A stretch of DNA of 32,000 nt from Nitrosarchaeum sp. (GCA_023265135.1 JAHFUM010000001.1:219632-251631); one strand, 5' to 3'; positions 1 through 9,599 are shown, counted from the first letter of the stretch. The notes: generated by a model not told the origin, from the letters alone. Translations and numbers: made by a program.

Positions 1-1
1 T

Positions 2-268
2 CATCAAAAAAAGTATGAAGCTGCATTGATTTATTGCGATAAGGCTGTTGAAATTGAGCCAGAATATGTGTATGCGTTAAGTTACAAAGGTTATTTACTT
101 TTTGAATGCGATAGATTTGATGAGGCCTTAAAATACTATAATAAAGCAATAGAAATTGATCCAAATAATAGTAGATCTTTGCATTATAAAAATAAAATAC
201 TGGATAGAATAGAAAAGAGTAAAAAAAGATCATTTCTTAACAAGTTAAAACATCAATATTTTCAATAA
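2..268 (+). CDS. TPR-repeat protein, C-terminal fragment (5' end outside window)
   Basis: The frame is open from the window edge (HQKKYEAALIYCDKAVEIEP...). It shows TPR-like 34-aa periodicity: AVEIEPEYVYALSYKGYLLFECDRFDEALKYYNKAIEIDPNN. The TTG at 26 in the ORF track is probably internal. Confidence 0.7.
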   Translation, partial: HQKKYEAALIYCDKAVEIEPEYVYALSYKGYLLFECDRFDEALKYYNKAIEIDPNNSRSLHYKNKILDRIEKSKKRSFLNKLKHQYFQ

Positions 269-318
269 TGAATTAGCTAAATAGAAATTTGTGGAAATTT
301 TTAATAATTTAATTTGAA

Positions 319-1860
319 TTAGATAGCTTGGCTACTAGCTCCCTGTTGACCAGCATGGAAATGTTTCAAGTCTTCACCTGATATTACATCTTCTTCTGGA
401 GGAACATAATCATTAATATCATGTCTTTCTTTGCCTGGCCATTTCTTCTGAGTTGCAAGAGCCACTATGATAAAGAGTGTAAAAGAGATGACTGGAGGTA
501 TCATTGTATCTAAACCTGCCAACTCAGGTGGCAGAATAAAGTACAACAATAATCTAATTGATGTACCAACAATAAGGGATACTAAAGCAGCTGGCAAGTT
601 GGCTTTTTTCCAGAATAATCCTAATGTCAATGGAGCAAGAGCTCCAGCAAATACAACATCAAATGCAAGAATCAAGTATATTCCAGGTTGAGGCATAGCG
701 TAACCAAGTACAAGTGCAGCAATCATAACTGGAACAACAGATATTCTAGTGATCATAAGTAATTTGGAATCACTCCAAGTGCCTTTGCCTAACATTCTTT
801 GTCGAATAATTCTTGAAAGAAAAGTTCTGGAAATTACTGCAGATACAGCTAACATACCACCATTTGCAGTAGACATTGAAGCTCCAAGAACTCCCATTAA
901 CAGTGCTGCTCCTATTGCAAATGGCATATGATTAAGAGCTAATTCTGGTAGTGCAGTATATGGATCTGCAAGTCCTGGTAAAAAGTGAAATGCTATAATT
1001 CCCAACATGCCAACTGGAATCACAGTAAAGAATGTGAGTCCTGCTCCCATGAAAGCTCCTCGACGTGCTGTATTTGGATTTTTTGCTGCAAATACTCTTT
1101 CCATAAAGTCCAACGCAACTATATCACCTAATCCTAATGCCAGTATTCCAGCCCAATTAGTCAAAGCACCATTTGCAGTATCAAATAGTCCAGAAAGATC
1201 AAGATATCCAGGTGGAGCACTAGCTAGTATTGTGTCAAATGAAACTCCAGAAAATCCTCCTGCAAAGAAAAGAAAAGCTGCCCAAAATGAACCAATTGCA
1301 AGATATATCTGGAAAATATCAGTATATGCAGAAGCAAATAATCCTCCCGCAATGGTATACGTTAAGACTACTAATGCTGCAATAATAATTGCCAGTATGA
1401 AAGGTATCCCTAAAACAGTTTGTAAGATAAAACCACTCGCAGCAAAATTTCCGGCAACCAGTATAACGAAACTTATTATCATCAAAATGCCAGAAATTCC
1501 TTCTGCAGAATTTCCATATCTTCTGAAATAGTAATCAGGTAAAGTAAACATGGACATTTTGTTGAGTTTTTTTCCGTAAACCAAACCAGTAAGAAGAAGA
1601 CAAATACCTAATCCAATTGGAATAACAGCACCTGCCCAGAAACCAAATTGGTAAATCAGTGCAACAGCTCCAAGTGATGAATTGCCATCAACTGATTGTG
1701 CAACTAGCATAGTTCCAACCATAAATAAAGGCAGACTTTTTCCTGCAACGATTAATCTTTTACCACTTTTTTTTACAAGCTTGTATGTTACTGTTCCAAT
1801 TACTAATGACATAACAAGAAAAAGAATTACGGCTACTCCATAACCTGTTATTTCTACCAT
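319..1860 (-). CDS. sodium:solute symporter family (SSF) transporter
   Basis: 513-aa ORF that is hydrophobic throughout, with about 13 helices. Overall resemblance to SSF/TC 2.A.21 permeases. Substrate not inferable; no urease or proline genes nearby. Confidence 0.75.
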   Translation of the reverse strand: MVEITGYGVAVILFLVMSLVIGTVTYKLVKKSGKRLIVAGKSLPLFMVGTMLVAQSVDGNSSLGAVALIYQFGFWAGAVIPIGLGICLLLTGLVYGKKLNKMSMFTLPDYYFRRYGNSAEGISGILMIISFVILVAGNFAASGFILQTVLGIPFILAIIIAALVVLTYTIAGGLFASAYTDIFQIYLAIGSFWAAFLFFAGGFSGVSFDTILASAPPGYLDLSGLFDTANGALTNWAGILALGLGDIVALDFMERVFAAKNPNTARRGAFMGAGLTFFTVIPVGMLGIIAFHFLPGLADPYTALPELALNHMPFAIGAALLMGVLGASMSTANGGMLAVSAVISRTFLSRIIRQRMLGKGTWSDSKLLMITRISVVPVMIAALVLGYAMPQPGIYLILAFDVVFAGALAPLTLGLFWKKANLPAALVSLIVGTSIRLLLYFILPPELAGLDTMIPPVISFTLFIIVALATQKKWPGKERHDINDYVPPEEDVISGEDLKHFHAGQQGASSQAI

Positions 1861-2282
1861 GACTTTTTACTTTAAACTAAAATTATATAAGGATTAAAAA
1901 AAATAGGGATTATACGTTTTTAAATTGAAAATAACACAAAAAATTACATCTATACAAGGAAAAAATGTAATAATTACTAAAAAATTACGTATTTTACGTT
2001 TTATAAACAAAAATAATAGGAATAATAAAATTTACTAAGAAAAAATCAAAACAATTTCTAAAAATAGTAAATCTATGAAAGATAAATCAAGTGTATCTTT
2101 TACATTTGTTATAATAGATAGCACATCTCAAGCACAATACTTGAATTAAGATTTTTTGAAATTTGATTTTTTGAAAAAATATTTTTGATTATGAATATAA
2201 CATAGACATTAATGCATTTTTAATTTTTAACAATTAGATTTTTGCAGATATGCTTTAATATTTTAAGAAATGTCCTAATTGG

Positions 2283-3977
2283 ATGAAGTACCCTGGTTTG
2301 CTTAATCATGATATGGCACGAGTTGGAATAGAAGAATCTAGAAAATTAAATTTAATTGTAGGTGGAATGGTTACGGATGCAATCAAGACATCTTTTGGTC
2401 CTCGTGGAATGGAAAAAGTTTTCATTGATATTCTTGGAGAAGATACTATCACAAAACACGGCGGTGCATTTTTGAGAAAGATTGATGTTAACCATCCAGT
2501 TGCAAAAGCTATCATCGAGGGAGTCAATACTGTTGATACTCATGTAGGTGATGGAACTATTTCTACAGCAATTTTAATTGGAATGTTACTAAAGAAATCA
2601 CAGGAATTATTGAAAATGAAAATACAGCCCACAACAATTATCAAAGGTTATGAAAAAAGTTTAGAATTTACATTAAATATACTTGATGAAATTAAAAAGG
2701 AAGAAAGATTTACTGACAAAAAAATCATGCATAGTCTTGCTACTTCATGTTTAGCAGGAAAAGCAGTTACTAGTTTAGTATCTGATGACATATCAATTAC
2801 AAATTTAATTATTAATGCAGTTTGTAGCGTGACTAATTTCCAAAAAAAAGAGATTGATGTAGACGATATAAAGATTGAAGAAAAAGCAGGAAATGCAAAT
2901 AGCATTCAATTAGTGTGGGGAGCATTAATTGATAAAACAATTGATAATTCTGCCATGCCAAGAAGTATTGAAAATGCAAAAATTCTCCTATTAAATGAGC
3001 CTCTAGAAATAATGCGTACAAAAACAGAGGATCAGATTGAAATAAATTCGCCTGAACAAATGACACTTTTTTTGAATCAAGAAACGATAGACATACATGC
3101 AAAGATTAAAAAAATTATTAATTCGGGAGCTAATGTAGTAATATCTAGAAAAGGAATTAATTCCGTCGCACAAGAATATCTAGCAAAAGCAGGAATAATT
3201 TCAATGCGAAGAGTCAAAATGAATGATCTTTTCTGGCTTGAAAAATCTACAGGTGCTAAAATATGTAAAAATTTAGAAGATATTTTCAAAGAAGAGTTAG
3301 GATTTGCAAAGAAAGTGTATGAAAAAAATATCGGAGGTGACAAAATGGTGTTTGTAGAAGGATGCAAAAATCCCAAGTCTGTAACTATTTTACTGAGATG
3401 TAATTCCAAACGTTATCTAGATGAATTTCACAGGGATGTATTGAATGTGATTTATGTTCTACGAAACTTTATCGAGAATTCATTTATTGTTCGTGGTGGA
3501 GGTTCTACTGAGGCAATTATTGCAAATAAAATCAGGGAGCAAAGTACAACAGTTGTAGGTAGGGAACAAATTGTAATTGAGAAATTTGCAGACGCAATAG
3601 AAGAGATCCCAATAACTCTGGCAAGAAATGTAGGTATGGATCCAATAGATACACTGACTCAATTGAGATCAAAATATGCAAATTGCCCTAAAGGCATACT
3701 CAAATGGTATGGTATAGATTCTGAAAAAAGAAAAGTTTCAGAAATATTTCCAAATGAAGTTATTGAGACACTAGTGGTAAAACAACAGATCATTAAAACA
3801 GGAATTGAAGTAACAAATATGATATTGAAAGTGGATGATATATTTATGAAAGATGAAATTGACAATACTCATTGTCATATTGACGGAGTTGTTCATGCAC
3901 ATCATGATGGTGGAAAAGCACATGATCATTTTGAACAAGAAGGACTGGAACAACGACAGATGCATCATTATTACTAG
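2283..3977 (+). CDS. group II chaperonin (thermosome/TCP-1 family) paralogue, divergent, His-rich C-terminal tail
   Basis: 564 aa with family signatures SFGPRGMEKV, VGDGTIS, IVRGGGSTE and PITLARNVGMDPID. Conserved nucleotide-site motifs are altered (see finding). The tail is THCHIDGVVHAHHDGGKAHDH...QMHHYY. Confidence 0.85.
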   Translation: MKYPGLLNHDMARVGIEESRKLNLIVGGMVTDAIKTSFGPRGMEKVFIDILGEDTITKHGGAFLRKIDVNHPVAKAIIEGVNTVDTHVGDGTISTAILIGMLLKKSQELLKMKIQPTTIIKGYEKSLEFTLNILDEIKKEERFTDKKIMHSLATSCLAGKAVTSLVSDDISITNLIINAVCSVTNFQKKEIDVDDIKIEEKAGNANSIQLVWGALIDKTIDNSAMPRSIENAKILLLNEPLEIMRTKTEDQIEINSPEQMTLFLNQETIDIHAKIKKIINSGANVVISRKGINSVAQEYLAKAGIISMRRVKMNDLFWLEKSTGAKICKNLEDIFKEELGFAKKVYEKNIGGDKMVFVEGCKNPKSVTILLRCNSKRYLDEFHRDVLNVIYVLRNFIENSFIVRGGGSTEAIIANKIREQSTTVVGREQIVIEKFADAIEEIPITLARNVGMDPIDTLTQLRSKYANCPKGILKWYGIDSEKRKVSEIFPNEVIETLVVKQQIIKTGIEVTNMILKVDDIFMKDEIDNTHCHIDGVVHAHHDGGKAHDHFEQEGLEQRQMHHYY

Positions 3978-4036
3978 AAAATTAAAAAAACTGTGATAAC
4001 AAACGTTTAAAATTCAAAATAATCTAAAAATAAATT

Positions 4037-4270
4037 GTGGATGTTAAAAATAATAATTTGGAATACTATACCGATATGTTTAATTTTATAAATGAACACA
4101 AACCAGATTGGGAGAGATTAACTGATGGCGATAAAGTCAAAATTAAAACTAACGAACATGCAGTGAAATTTGAATTTCTAGAACTACTAAAGAAAAAATA
4201 CAATTTTAGAATCACTGAAGTATCATTTTCTGATTATTATGGTATCGTATTTTCAATAGAAAGGCAGTAA
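4037..4270 (+). CDS. hypothetical protein (GTG start)
   Basis: 77-aa ORF in an otherwise empty gap. No recognisable motif and a non-ATG start. Confidence 0.35.
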   Translation: MDVKNNNLEYYTDMFNFINEHKPDWERLTDGDKVKIKTNEHAVKFEFLELLKKKYNFRITEVSFSDYYGIVFSIERQ

Positions 4271-4335
4271 AGAGATTAACTATTTACTTAAGAGAGGAAA
4301 TAAAATGTGTTATTAGAATCAACTAACACATTTAG

Positions 4336-5271
4336 CTATTTTATTCTAGCAAGAAGTGCAGAATAAATAAATGGCAAGATGGTTGTTATTTCTGCGTGTA
4401 TTGTAGTTTGTTTTGCATTTTGAGTAACCTTACCCCATGAGATTGCTTCTTTAACTAGAGCTCCACTTAGACTTCCGTCAAATTCTTGGGCCGTTGTAAT
4501 GTATACAGCATAATCAAGGCCATCTCTGTATTGATTCCACCAGAGAGTATGATGTTTTGATATTCCACCACCTAGCATAAGTGAGCCAGATTTTTTTGCT
4601 TTAAAAATAAGTGAAGATAAAATTTCACTATCGGCAATTACATTGAGTTTGAAATCCTTATGTTTTTGAGTAAATAGCCAGATCTGACTACCTACAGCAC
4701 CATCTACTATTCCAGGCACTACTACTGGAATATTGTTCTTGTATGCCCAATACAAAAATGAGCCTTCTCCCAGATTTTCGCCTATCATTCTTGTAATATC
4801 TGCAGTAGACATTTCTTTTTTGCCAGATTTGTACGCAGCTTCTAAAAACATTTGCATCTTTTCCTCAATTATTGGCCCATAACTTTCCATAGGTACTAGA
4901 ACATTACCGAGTCTGTGAATATTTTCTTCTAAGAGTTTTGCATCATCTAGAGTAAATGATCCCTCCAGATAATTTGAAAAATATCTTGCAATATCATGAT
5001 CTAAAGCACCACAAGTAGTAATGACAACATCAAACATTTTTTTCTTAAGCATATCTACAATTATTCCTCGAAGACCAGTGGATGTAATAGCTGCAACAAA
5101 TGAGAGGAATTTTAGACAGTCTTTATCGTTTATCATTGTTGAGAGAATTTCAAGACCCTCTGCAAGATTTCTTGATTCGAAACCTCCTGAATTAGATAAC
5201 TGATCAAAAATACTTTGAATATCATCTCCATTTTTTATTGAAATATCTTTTACTATTTTGTTATCTCTCAT
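4336..5271 (-). CDS. dys: deoxyhypusine synthase
   Basis: 311 aa. Motifs GGGISKHH (NAD site) and EAISWGKV (catalytic Lys context). Length is typical of archaeal DHS. Confidence 0.85.
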   Translation of the reverse strand: MRDNKIVKDISIKNGDDIQSIFDQLSNSGGFESRNLAEGLEILSTMINDKDCLKFLSFVAAITSTGLRGIIVDMLKKKMFDVVITTCGALDHDIARYFSNYLEGSFTLDDAKLLEENIHRLGNVLVPMESYGPIIEEKMQMFLEAAYKSGKKEMSTADITRMIGENLGEGSFLYWAYKNNIPVVVPGIVDGAVGSQIWLFTQKHKDFKLNVIADSEILSSLIFKAKKSGSLMLGGGISKHHTLWWNQYRDGLDYAVYITTAQEFDGSLSGALVKEAISWGKVTQNAKQTTIHAEITTILPFIYSALLARIK

Positions 5272-5349
5272 CCTGATCTATTTTTCATGGGAGTATAAAT
5301 TTCTTGAAATTTTATTTTTATCCTCGAAAGAGTTTATATACTTTTTAAG

Positions 5350-5913
5350 ATGGTTGTGTCCATGCTAGAACTAGTACCAAAAAAAATGTTTTTTACTAAA
5401 GGTAAAGGAGTACATGCAGATCAGCTTACTAGTTTTGAATATGCATTACGAGATGCTGGTATTCCAAATTTGAATTTGGTATTTGTTTCAAGTATACTTC
5501 CACCCGGTGCAAAAATAATTTCACGTAAGGAAGGATTAAAGCTAATACGTCCTGGTAGTGTCCAATTCGTAATCTATGCACGTCAACAATCCAATGAACC
5601 ACATAGATTGATTACAGCTTCGGTAGGATTAGCAGAGCCCATGAATAAGAAAAGGTGGGGATACCTATCCGAGTATACCTCTTTTGGAGAAACTGAAAAA
5701 GAGGCCGGAGATTACGCTGAAGATATTGCAGCTCAAATGTTAGCCTCATCTCTAGGAATTCCGTTTGATGTGGACAAGAATTGGGATGAAAAAAGAAATC
5801 AGTGGAAAGTATCTAAGCAGATATACCGAACTAGGAACATAACTCAGAGTGCAGTGGGGGATCTAAAAGAAAATTGGACCACAGTTTTTGCTGCTGCAGT
5901 ATTGATACTTTGA
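5350..5913 (+). CDS. pdaD: pyruvoyl-dependent arginine decarboxylase
   Basis: Motifs FFTKGKGVH...SFEYALRDAGI...NLVFVSSILPPG match the PdaD family, including the Ser-Ser self-cleavage site. The true start may be the Met at 5362. Confidence 0.85.
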   Translation: MVVSMLELVPKKMFFTKGKGVHADQLTSFEYALRDAGIPNLNLVFVSSILPPGAKIISRKEGLKLIRPGSVQFVIYARQQSNEPHRLITASVGLAEPMNKKRWGYLSEYTSFGETEKEAGDYAEDIAAQMLASSLGIPFDVDKNWDEKRNQWKVSKQIYRTRNITQSAVGDLKENWTTVFAAAVLIL

Positions 5914-5952
5914 ATGAATTTTCTAAGAAAAACTGAGCAGGTATGCTTATGG

Positions 5953-7023
5953 TTACTTTAATTTATTTTTGTTAAAATAGGTTTTAGATAGATCCTCATA
6001 ATATTTTCCTAGTTTTTTGTACAATCGTTTTGGTTTTCGTGGACTTTCCATACTAAGTGCGTATAAGCATAAAACTGGAAACGCTATTGTAGCATCAGCA
6101 TAAACTACAATAACATCTTCGTGAGAATCTTTTACTTTCCCCCAGCTTTTACCTTCTTGAAGTGTAGCTCCTGACAAACCTCCAGTATCTGGTCTAGCAT
6201 CAGTGATCTGAATAATATAATTTTGTCCTCCGTGACCAAGACCCAAAATCTGATCTAATAATGGACCTGTTTGTTGCGCAGTGTTTTTTGGCACACCACC
6301 ACCTATCTCTACAATTCCCGCCTTTTTTGAATTGTATAAAATCGCTGCCTGTTCAATTATTTCTCTTACAAAATCCAACGAAAATGGCTTGTTGGCCAGT
6401 CTAAGCGGAGCTAGATCAAGGGCAAGTGAAGAATCTTTCAGTGTAGAAATATAGAGCGGAACATCATAATCATATGCAGAGACAACAAAACTTCTTTCCG
6501 GATGTTTTGAAAACTCTTTTGAATATTTACCCATCCAGTTTGAAAATTCTGCAGTTGTAAACGGCTTTTCAAATAAATTATTTTCAAACATTTTTTGTAT
6601 GATCATATCTTGTTTTTTCAGCGTTTCCTTACCTTTGATATAGACGTCTCTTATCCTGACAATGTCTTTTTGATAAAGAATCATGTCATCAACCTCAAAA
6701 TGTCCTTGTTTTACAGGTAGATTCCATGCAAAATGATCTTCATGATACAAATTAGATCCTGTAGAGATTATCCAATCAACAAAGCCTTTTTCAATAAGAG
6801 ATTTGAATAGACCTCCAAATCCAACTGGCGTCATAGCGCCAGCAATGGTAAGACAAATTGTTGCGTCATCTTCAATCATCTTGCGGAATAGTTTTGCAGC
6901 TTCCCCAAGTTGTCTTGCGTTGTAACCTGAGCTTGCATAAATTTCGACAAGATCATCAATTTTCATGTCTGGATTTACTTCTATGTGAGGAATATTTTTT
7001 CCATGAAAATTATGATAATCCAT
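5953..7023 (-). CDS. deoxyhypusine synthase-like paralogue
   Basis: 356 aa. It has GGGVPKNT in place of GGGxxKHH but retains SWGKV (EGKSWGKV). Same fold family as 4336..5271 but clearly divergent. Confidence 0.75.
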   Translation of the reverse strand: MDYHNFHGKNIPHIEVNPDMKIDDLVEIYASSGYNARQLGEAAKLFRKMIEDDATICLTIAGAMTPVGFGGLFKSLIEKGFVDWIISTGSNLYHEDHFAWNLPVKQGHFEVDDMILYQKDIVRIRDVYIKGKETLKKQDMIIQKMFENNLFEKPFTTAEFSNWMGKYSKEFSKHPERSFVVSAYDYDVPLYISTLKDSSLALDLAPLRLANKPFSLDFVREIIEQAAILYNSKKAGIVEIGGGVPKNTAQQTGPLLDQILGLGHGGQNYIIQITDARPDTGGLSGATLQEGKSWGKVKDSHEDVIVVYADATIAFPVLCLYALSMESPRKPKRLYKKLGKYYEDLSKTYFNKNKLK

Positions 7024-7157
7024 ATCAAATAATCAAATTCTACCAGATAATATATCTAATGTCAGGAAGTATTTTGATGAATTTGTTAGAGTACCTCATA
7101 TTGAATTATAGAAATATAGATTATAGTAATGGAGATCAGAACAACGAATATGAAACT

Positions 7158-7280
7158 CTAATCAAATTTTATTTCTTCTTGTTGTGTTGATGAATTACAA
7201 TGTGCACATCTTTCTGATGAAGTTTTAAAATATACCATGTGACATAATTTACAGGCCCTTAGTTCATTTAGTTTAACCAT
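7158..7280 (-). CDS. small zinc-ribbon protein (40 aa), not in ORF track
   Basis: Hand translation: MVKLNELRACKLCHMVYFKTSSERCAHCNSSTQQEEIKFD. ATG start, TAG stop, and CxxC-x11-CxxC spacing. Confidence 0.35.
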   Translation of the reverse strand: MVKLNELRACKLCHMVYFKTSSERCAHCNSSTQQEEIKFD

Positions 7281-7409
7281 AACAATCTAACTATTACAGT
7301 CATACAAAAATCTTATTTTGGTTATATGCCTTCCCATTATTAAGTCGAGATAACAATAGTCAAATTTTAACAATTTAGGACTATGTTTAGAAAAAACCTT
7401 GTATCTAAA

Positions 7410-7712
7410 TTATTTACTTTTTTCCAATTTACCAACAATCTCGTTAAATGACTCCATATTGGTCTCAATGAAATTTGATGTAAAGTAAACAACATTGTAT
7501 TTTTCTCCAATTTTTGTGATCATATTGTTTTTTTCAAGAACTTTAATGTGATGCTGAATAGCCTTGTAGTCAAGACCTAATTCCTTGGATAATTGATTTG
7601 TGTTAAGTGGTGTATTTTTCAATATTGATATAATTTTCAGACGGTTTAATCCTCCTCGCGAGCCTGCAAAAACAAACCAGAGTAATCTTTTTGAATCAGG
7701 ATCATTTGCCAA
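7410..7712 (-). CDS. ArsR-family winged-helix transcriptional regulator
   Basis: 100 aa with an HTH core NTNQLSKELGLDYKAIQHHIKVLEKNNMI followed by a wing. Divergent from the radical SAM gene. Confidence 0.7.
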   Translation of the reverse strand: MANDPDSKRLLWFVFAGSRGGLNRLKIISILKNTPLNTNQLSKELGLDYKAIQHHIKVLEKNNMITKIGEKYNVVYFTSNFIETNMESFNEIVGKLEKSK

Positions 7713-7810
7713 GTTATAAAATTCTTGTATGCCTTAATTAAAAGACATTACGGGATTTGCAAGATTAGAAAGTATAAAAAACACAATCAAACAATTACTG
7801 TGAATCAAAA

Positions 7811-8692
7811 ATGATGTTAAATTATGATGGTCCATTGTATAGACCGCCTTCAGAGGCAAGATCATTAATTTTTCAAGTTACGTTGGGTTGTTCCTTTAAC
7901 GAATGTTCTTTTTGTGATATGTATAGATCAAAACAATATTCAGAAAAACCTTGGGATGTAGTAAAATTAGAAATTGATTTAATGTCAAAACAATTACCTG
8001 ATACAAAAAAAATATTTTTGGCAGATGGTGATGCTCTAAATCTTGATTCAGAGTATATTGTAAAGATTGTAAAATATCTTTATGAAAAGTTTCCAAGCCT
8101 TGAAAGAATTTCTTGTTATGCAATGCCTATGAATATTTTAAAGAAAAGTGATGACGAATTAAAGAAAATGCATGATGCAGGATTAGATATGCTTTATTTG
8201 GGAATTGAGAGTGGCTCAGACATTGTTTTAAAAAAAATAACAAAAGGAGCAATTGCAAAAACAATCATCAGATCAATCAACAAAGCAAAAGATGCAGGAT
8301 ATATCATGTCTTGTATGATAATTTTAGGTTTGGGTGGAAGAACTTATTCTAAAGAACACATCAAGGGAACTGCTGAAGTGATTAATGCTAGTTCTCCTCA
8401 TTATGTAGGTGCATTAACTCTCTATTTAGAAAATGGAATCAAGCAAGAATTTTTAGAAAAGTTTGGAGAGCCATTTATCAAGATCAACGATGATGAATCG
8501 CTAGAAGAGTTGTATGATTTGATAAGCCAGATAGAAACCAAAGAAGAGATAATTTTCAGGGCAAATCATGGTTCAAATGCATATACAATAAAAGGTACAT
8601 TTCCACAAGACAAACAAGAAATGCTAGATAAAATAGAATGGATGAAACAGCATCCAGAAATTATGCGTCCTGAGGGGCTGCGAGGATTTTAA
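7811..8692 (+). CDS. radical SAM domain protein
   Basis: 293 aa. N-terminal Cys cluster GCSFNECSFCDMY (Cx4Cx2C), then FLADGDAL and LGIESGSD TIM-barrel motifs. Confidence 0.75.
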   Translation: MMLNYDGPLYRPPSEARSLIFQVTLGCSFNECSFCDMYRSKQYSEKPWDVVKLEIDLMSKQLPDTKKIFLADGDALNLDSEYIVKIVKYLYEKFPSLERISCYAMPMNILKKSDDELKKMHDAGLDMLYLGIESGSDIVLKKITKGAIAKTIIRSINKAKDAGYIMSCMIILGLGGRTYSKEHIKGTAEVINASSPHYVGALTLYLENGIKQEFLEKFGEPFIKINDDESLEELYDLISQIETKEEIIFRANHGSNAYTIKGTFPQDKQEMLDKIEWMKQHPEIMRPEGLRGF

Positions 8693-9083
8693 AATCTAGA
8701 TATATTTTCTAAAATTCCAATTTTGCATATAATTATGATGCCACAGACAAAGCTAAATGAGTCTGTCAATATCTCATTATTGTTTTGCATTATTTGACAA
8801 CCTAAATGAGATGAATTGTGGTTGGATGTTCAGCCCCCTAAAATACTCAAGTAATGATGGTTTTGTGAAACTTGATTTGATAAATTATTTTTTGAATTGT
8901 ATTAGAGTATGTGATCTAAGTACTGCAGCTATATGATCAGCTTCAAAAGTATGTTGTATTCCAAGAGTTAATCTAATTCCATCAATAATTACAGGGAGAA
9001 AATCTCCAATGTCACCAAAGATTTCTTCTTTCAATTTATCACATAGAGTTTCTCGATATTATCTTAAAAAGAATTTCCAAAGT

Positions 9084-9335
9084 TCAGAGCTGCTCAACTA
9101 TAGGCTTTAGATTATCCGGTAAATCAGGAATTTCAGTATGGCTTTCATTGTTTTGAAGTATTTCAGGTCCTATTCTTCGTACTCTTTGTGTTCCAATTAA
9201 TGTATCAATATTTCGTTGGATGTCTTTTTCTGACAAAACTGACTTTAATTTTTCAATTACAGTTTCCTCATTTTCATATTTTTTAATTGCATATTGCACA
9301 AGGATCATTTTTTCATTTGCAGAATAATCAGTCAT
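9084..9335 (-). CDS. hypothetical protein
   Basis: 83-aa ORF, same strand and 42 nt downstream of the thioredoxin-like gene. No recognisable motif. Confidence 0.45.
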   Translation of the reverse strand: MTDYSANEKMILVQYAIKKYENEETVIEKLKSVLSEKDIQRNIDTLIGTQRVRRIGPEILQNNESHTEIPDLPDNLKPIVEQL

Positions 9336-9377
9336 TTGAAAATATCATCATATCTAGAGTAAAAAAACATTCGTGAG

Positions 9378-9599
9378 TTATGAGAATCTCTTTTGAAGAT
9401 CTTCTTTTTTAGGAATACCAGTAAATTCTAATTTTCCATCAATTACCAATCCAGGGGCTGTAAATATGGGGTATTTTTCTAAATATTCTGGTTTTTCAGT
9501 TACATCAATCAAGTCATATTTTATGCCAAGTTGATCTAAGATCTTCTCAAGAACTAAACAATTTGAGCATCCAGGAGTGGTAAGAACTTGAACATTCAT
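9378..9599 (-). CDS. small thioredoxin-fold / glutaredoxin-like protein (CxxC)
   Basis: 73 aa. MNVQVLTTPGCSNCLVLEKIL is typical of single-domain thioredoxin-fold redox proteins. Confidence 0.75.
   Translation of the reverse strand: MNVQVLTTPGCSNCLVLEKILDQLGIKYDLIDVTEKPEYLEKYPIFTAPGLVIDGKLEFTGIPKKEDLQKRFS

Noticed and set aside
467-1531. Three plus-strand ORFs (74, 60 and 174 aa) inside the SSS transporter gene
   Set aside because: They are antisense shadows of a long, well-supported membrane-protein gene. Their products are low-complexity Pro/Ala/Asn-rich sequences with no motifs.
1861-2282. 420-bp AT-rich intergenic region examined for a hidden gene or ncRNA
   Set aside because: It contains only low-complexity A/T runs and short repeats, with no ORF or GC-rich structured segment. 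It is treated as promoter/leader DNA.
2306-3968. Eight minus-strand ORFs of 60-110 aa inside the thermosome gene
   Set aside because: They are antisense to a gene with strong family signatures. Their Phe/Ser/Ile-rich composition is typical of AT-rich antisense frames.
6858-7190. 110-aa plus-strand ORF overlapping the 5' end of the DHS-like gene
   Set aside because: It mostly overlaps a supported gene on the other strand and has no motif. The non-overlapping part is better explained by the small zinc-ribbon ORF on the minus strand.
8885-9034. Possible 49-aa minus-strand ORF (…KEEIFGDIGDFLPVIIDGIRLTLGIQHTFEADHIAAVLRSHTLIQFKK) in the 390-bp gap after the radical SAM gene
   Set aside because: The composition is protein-like, but the only in-frame start is TTG and no family was recognised. 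It may be a gene fragment, and I cannot support it as a feature.
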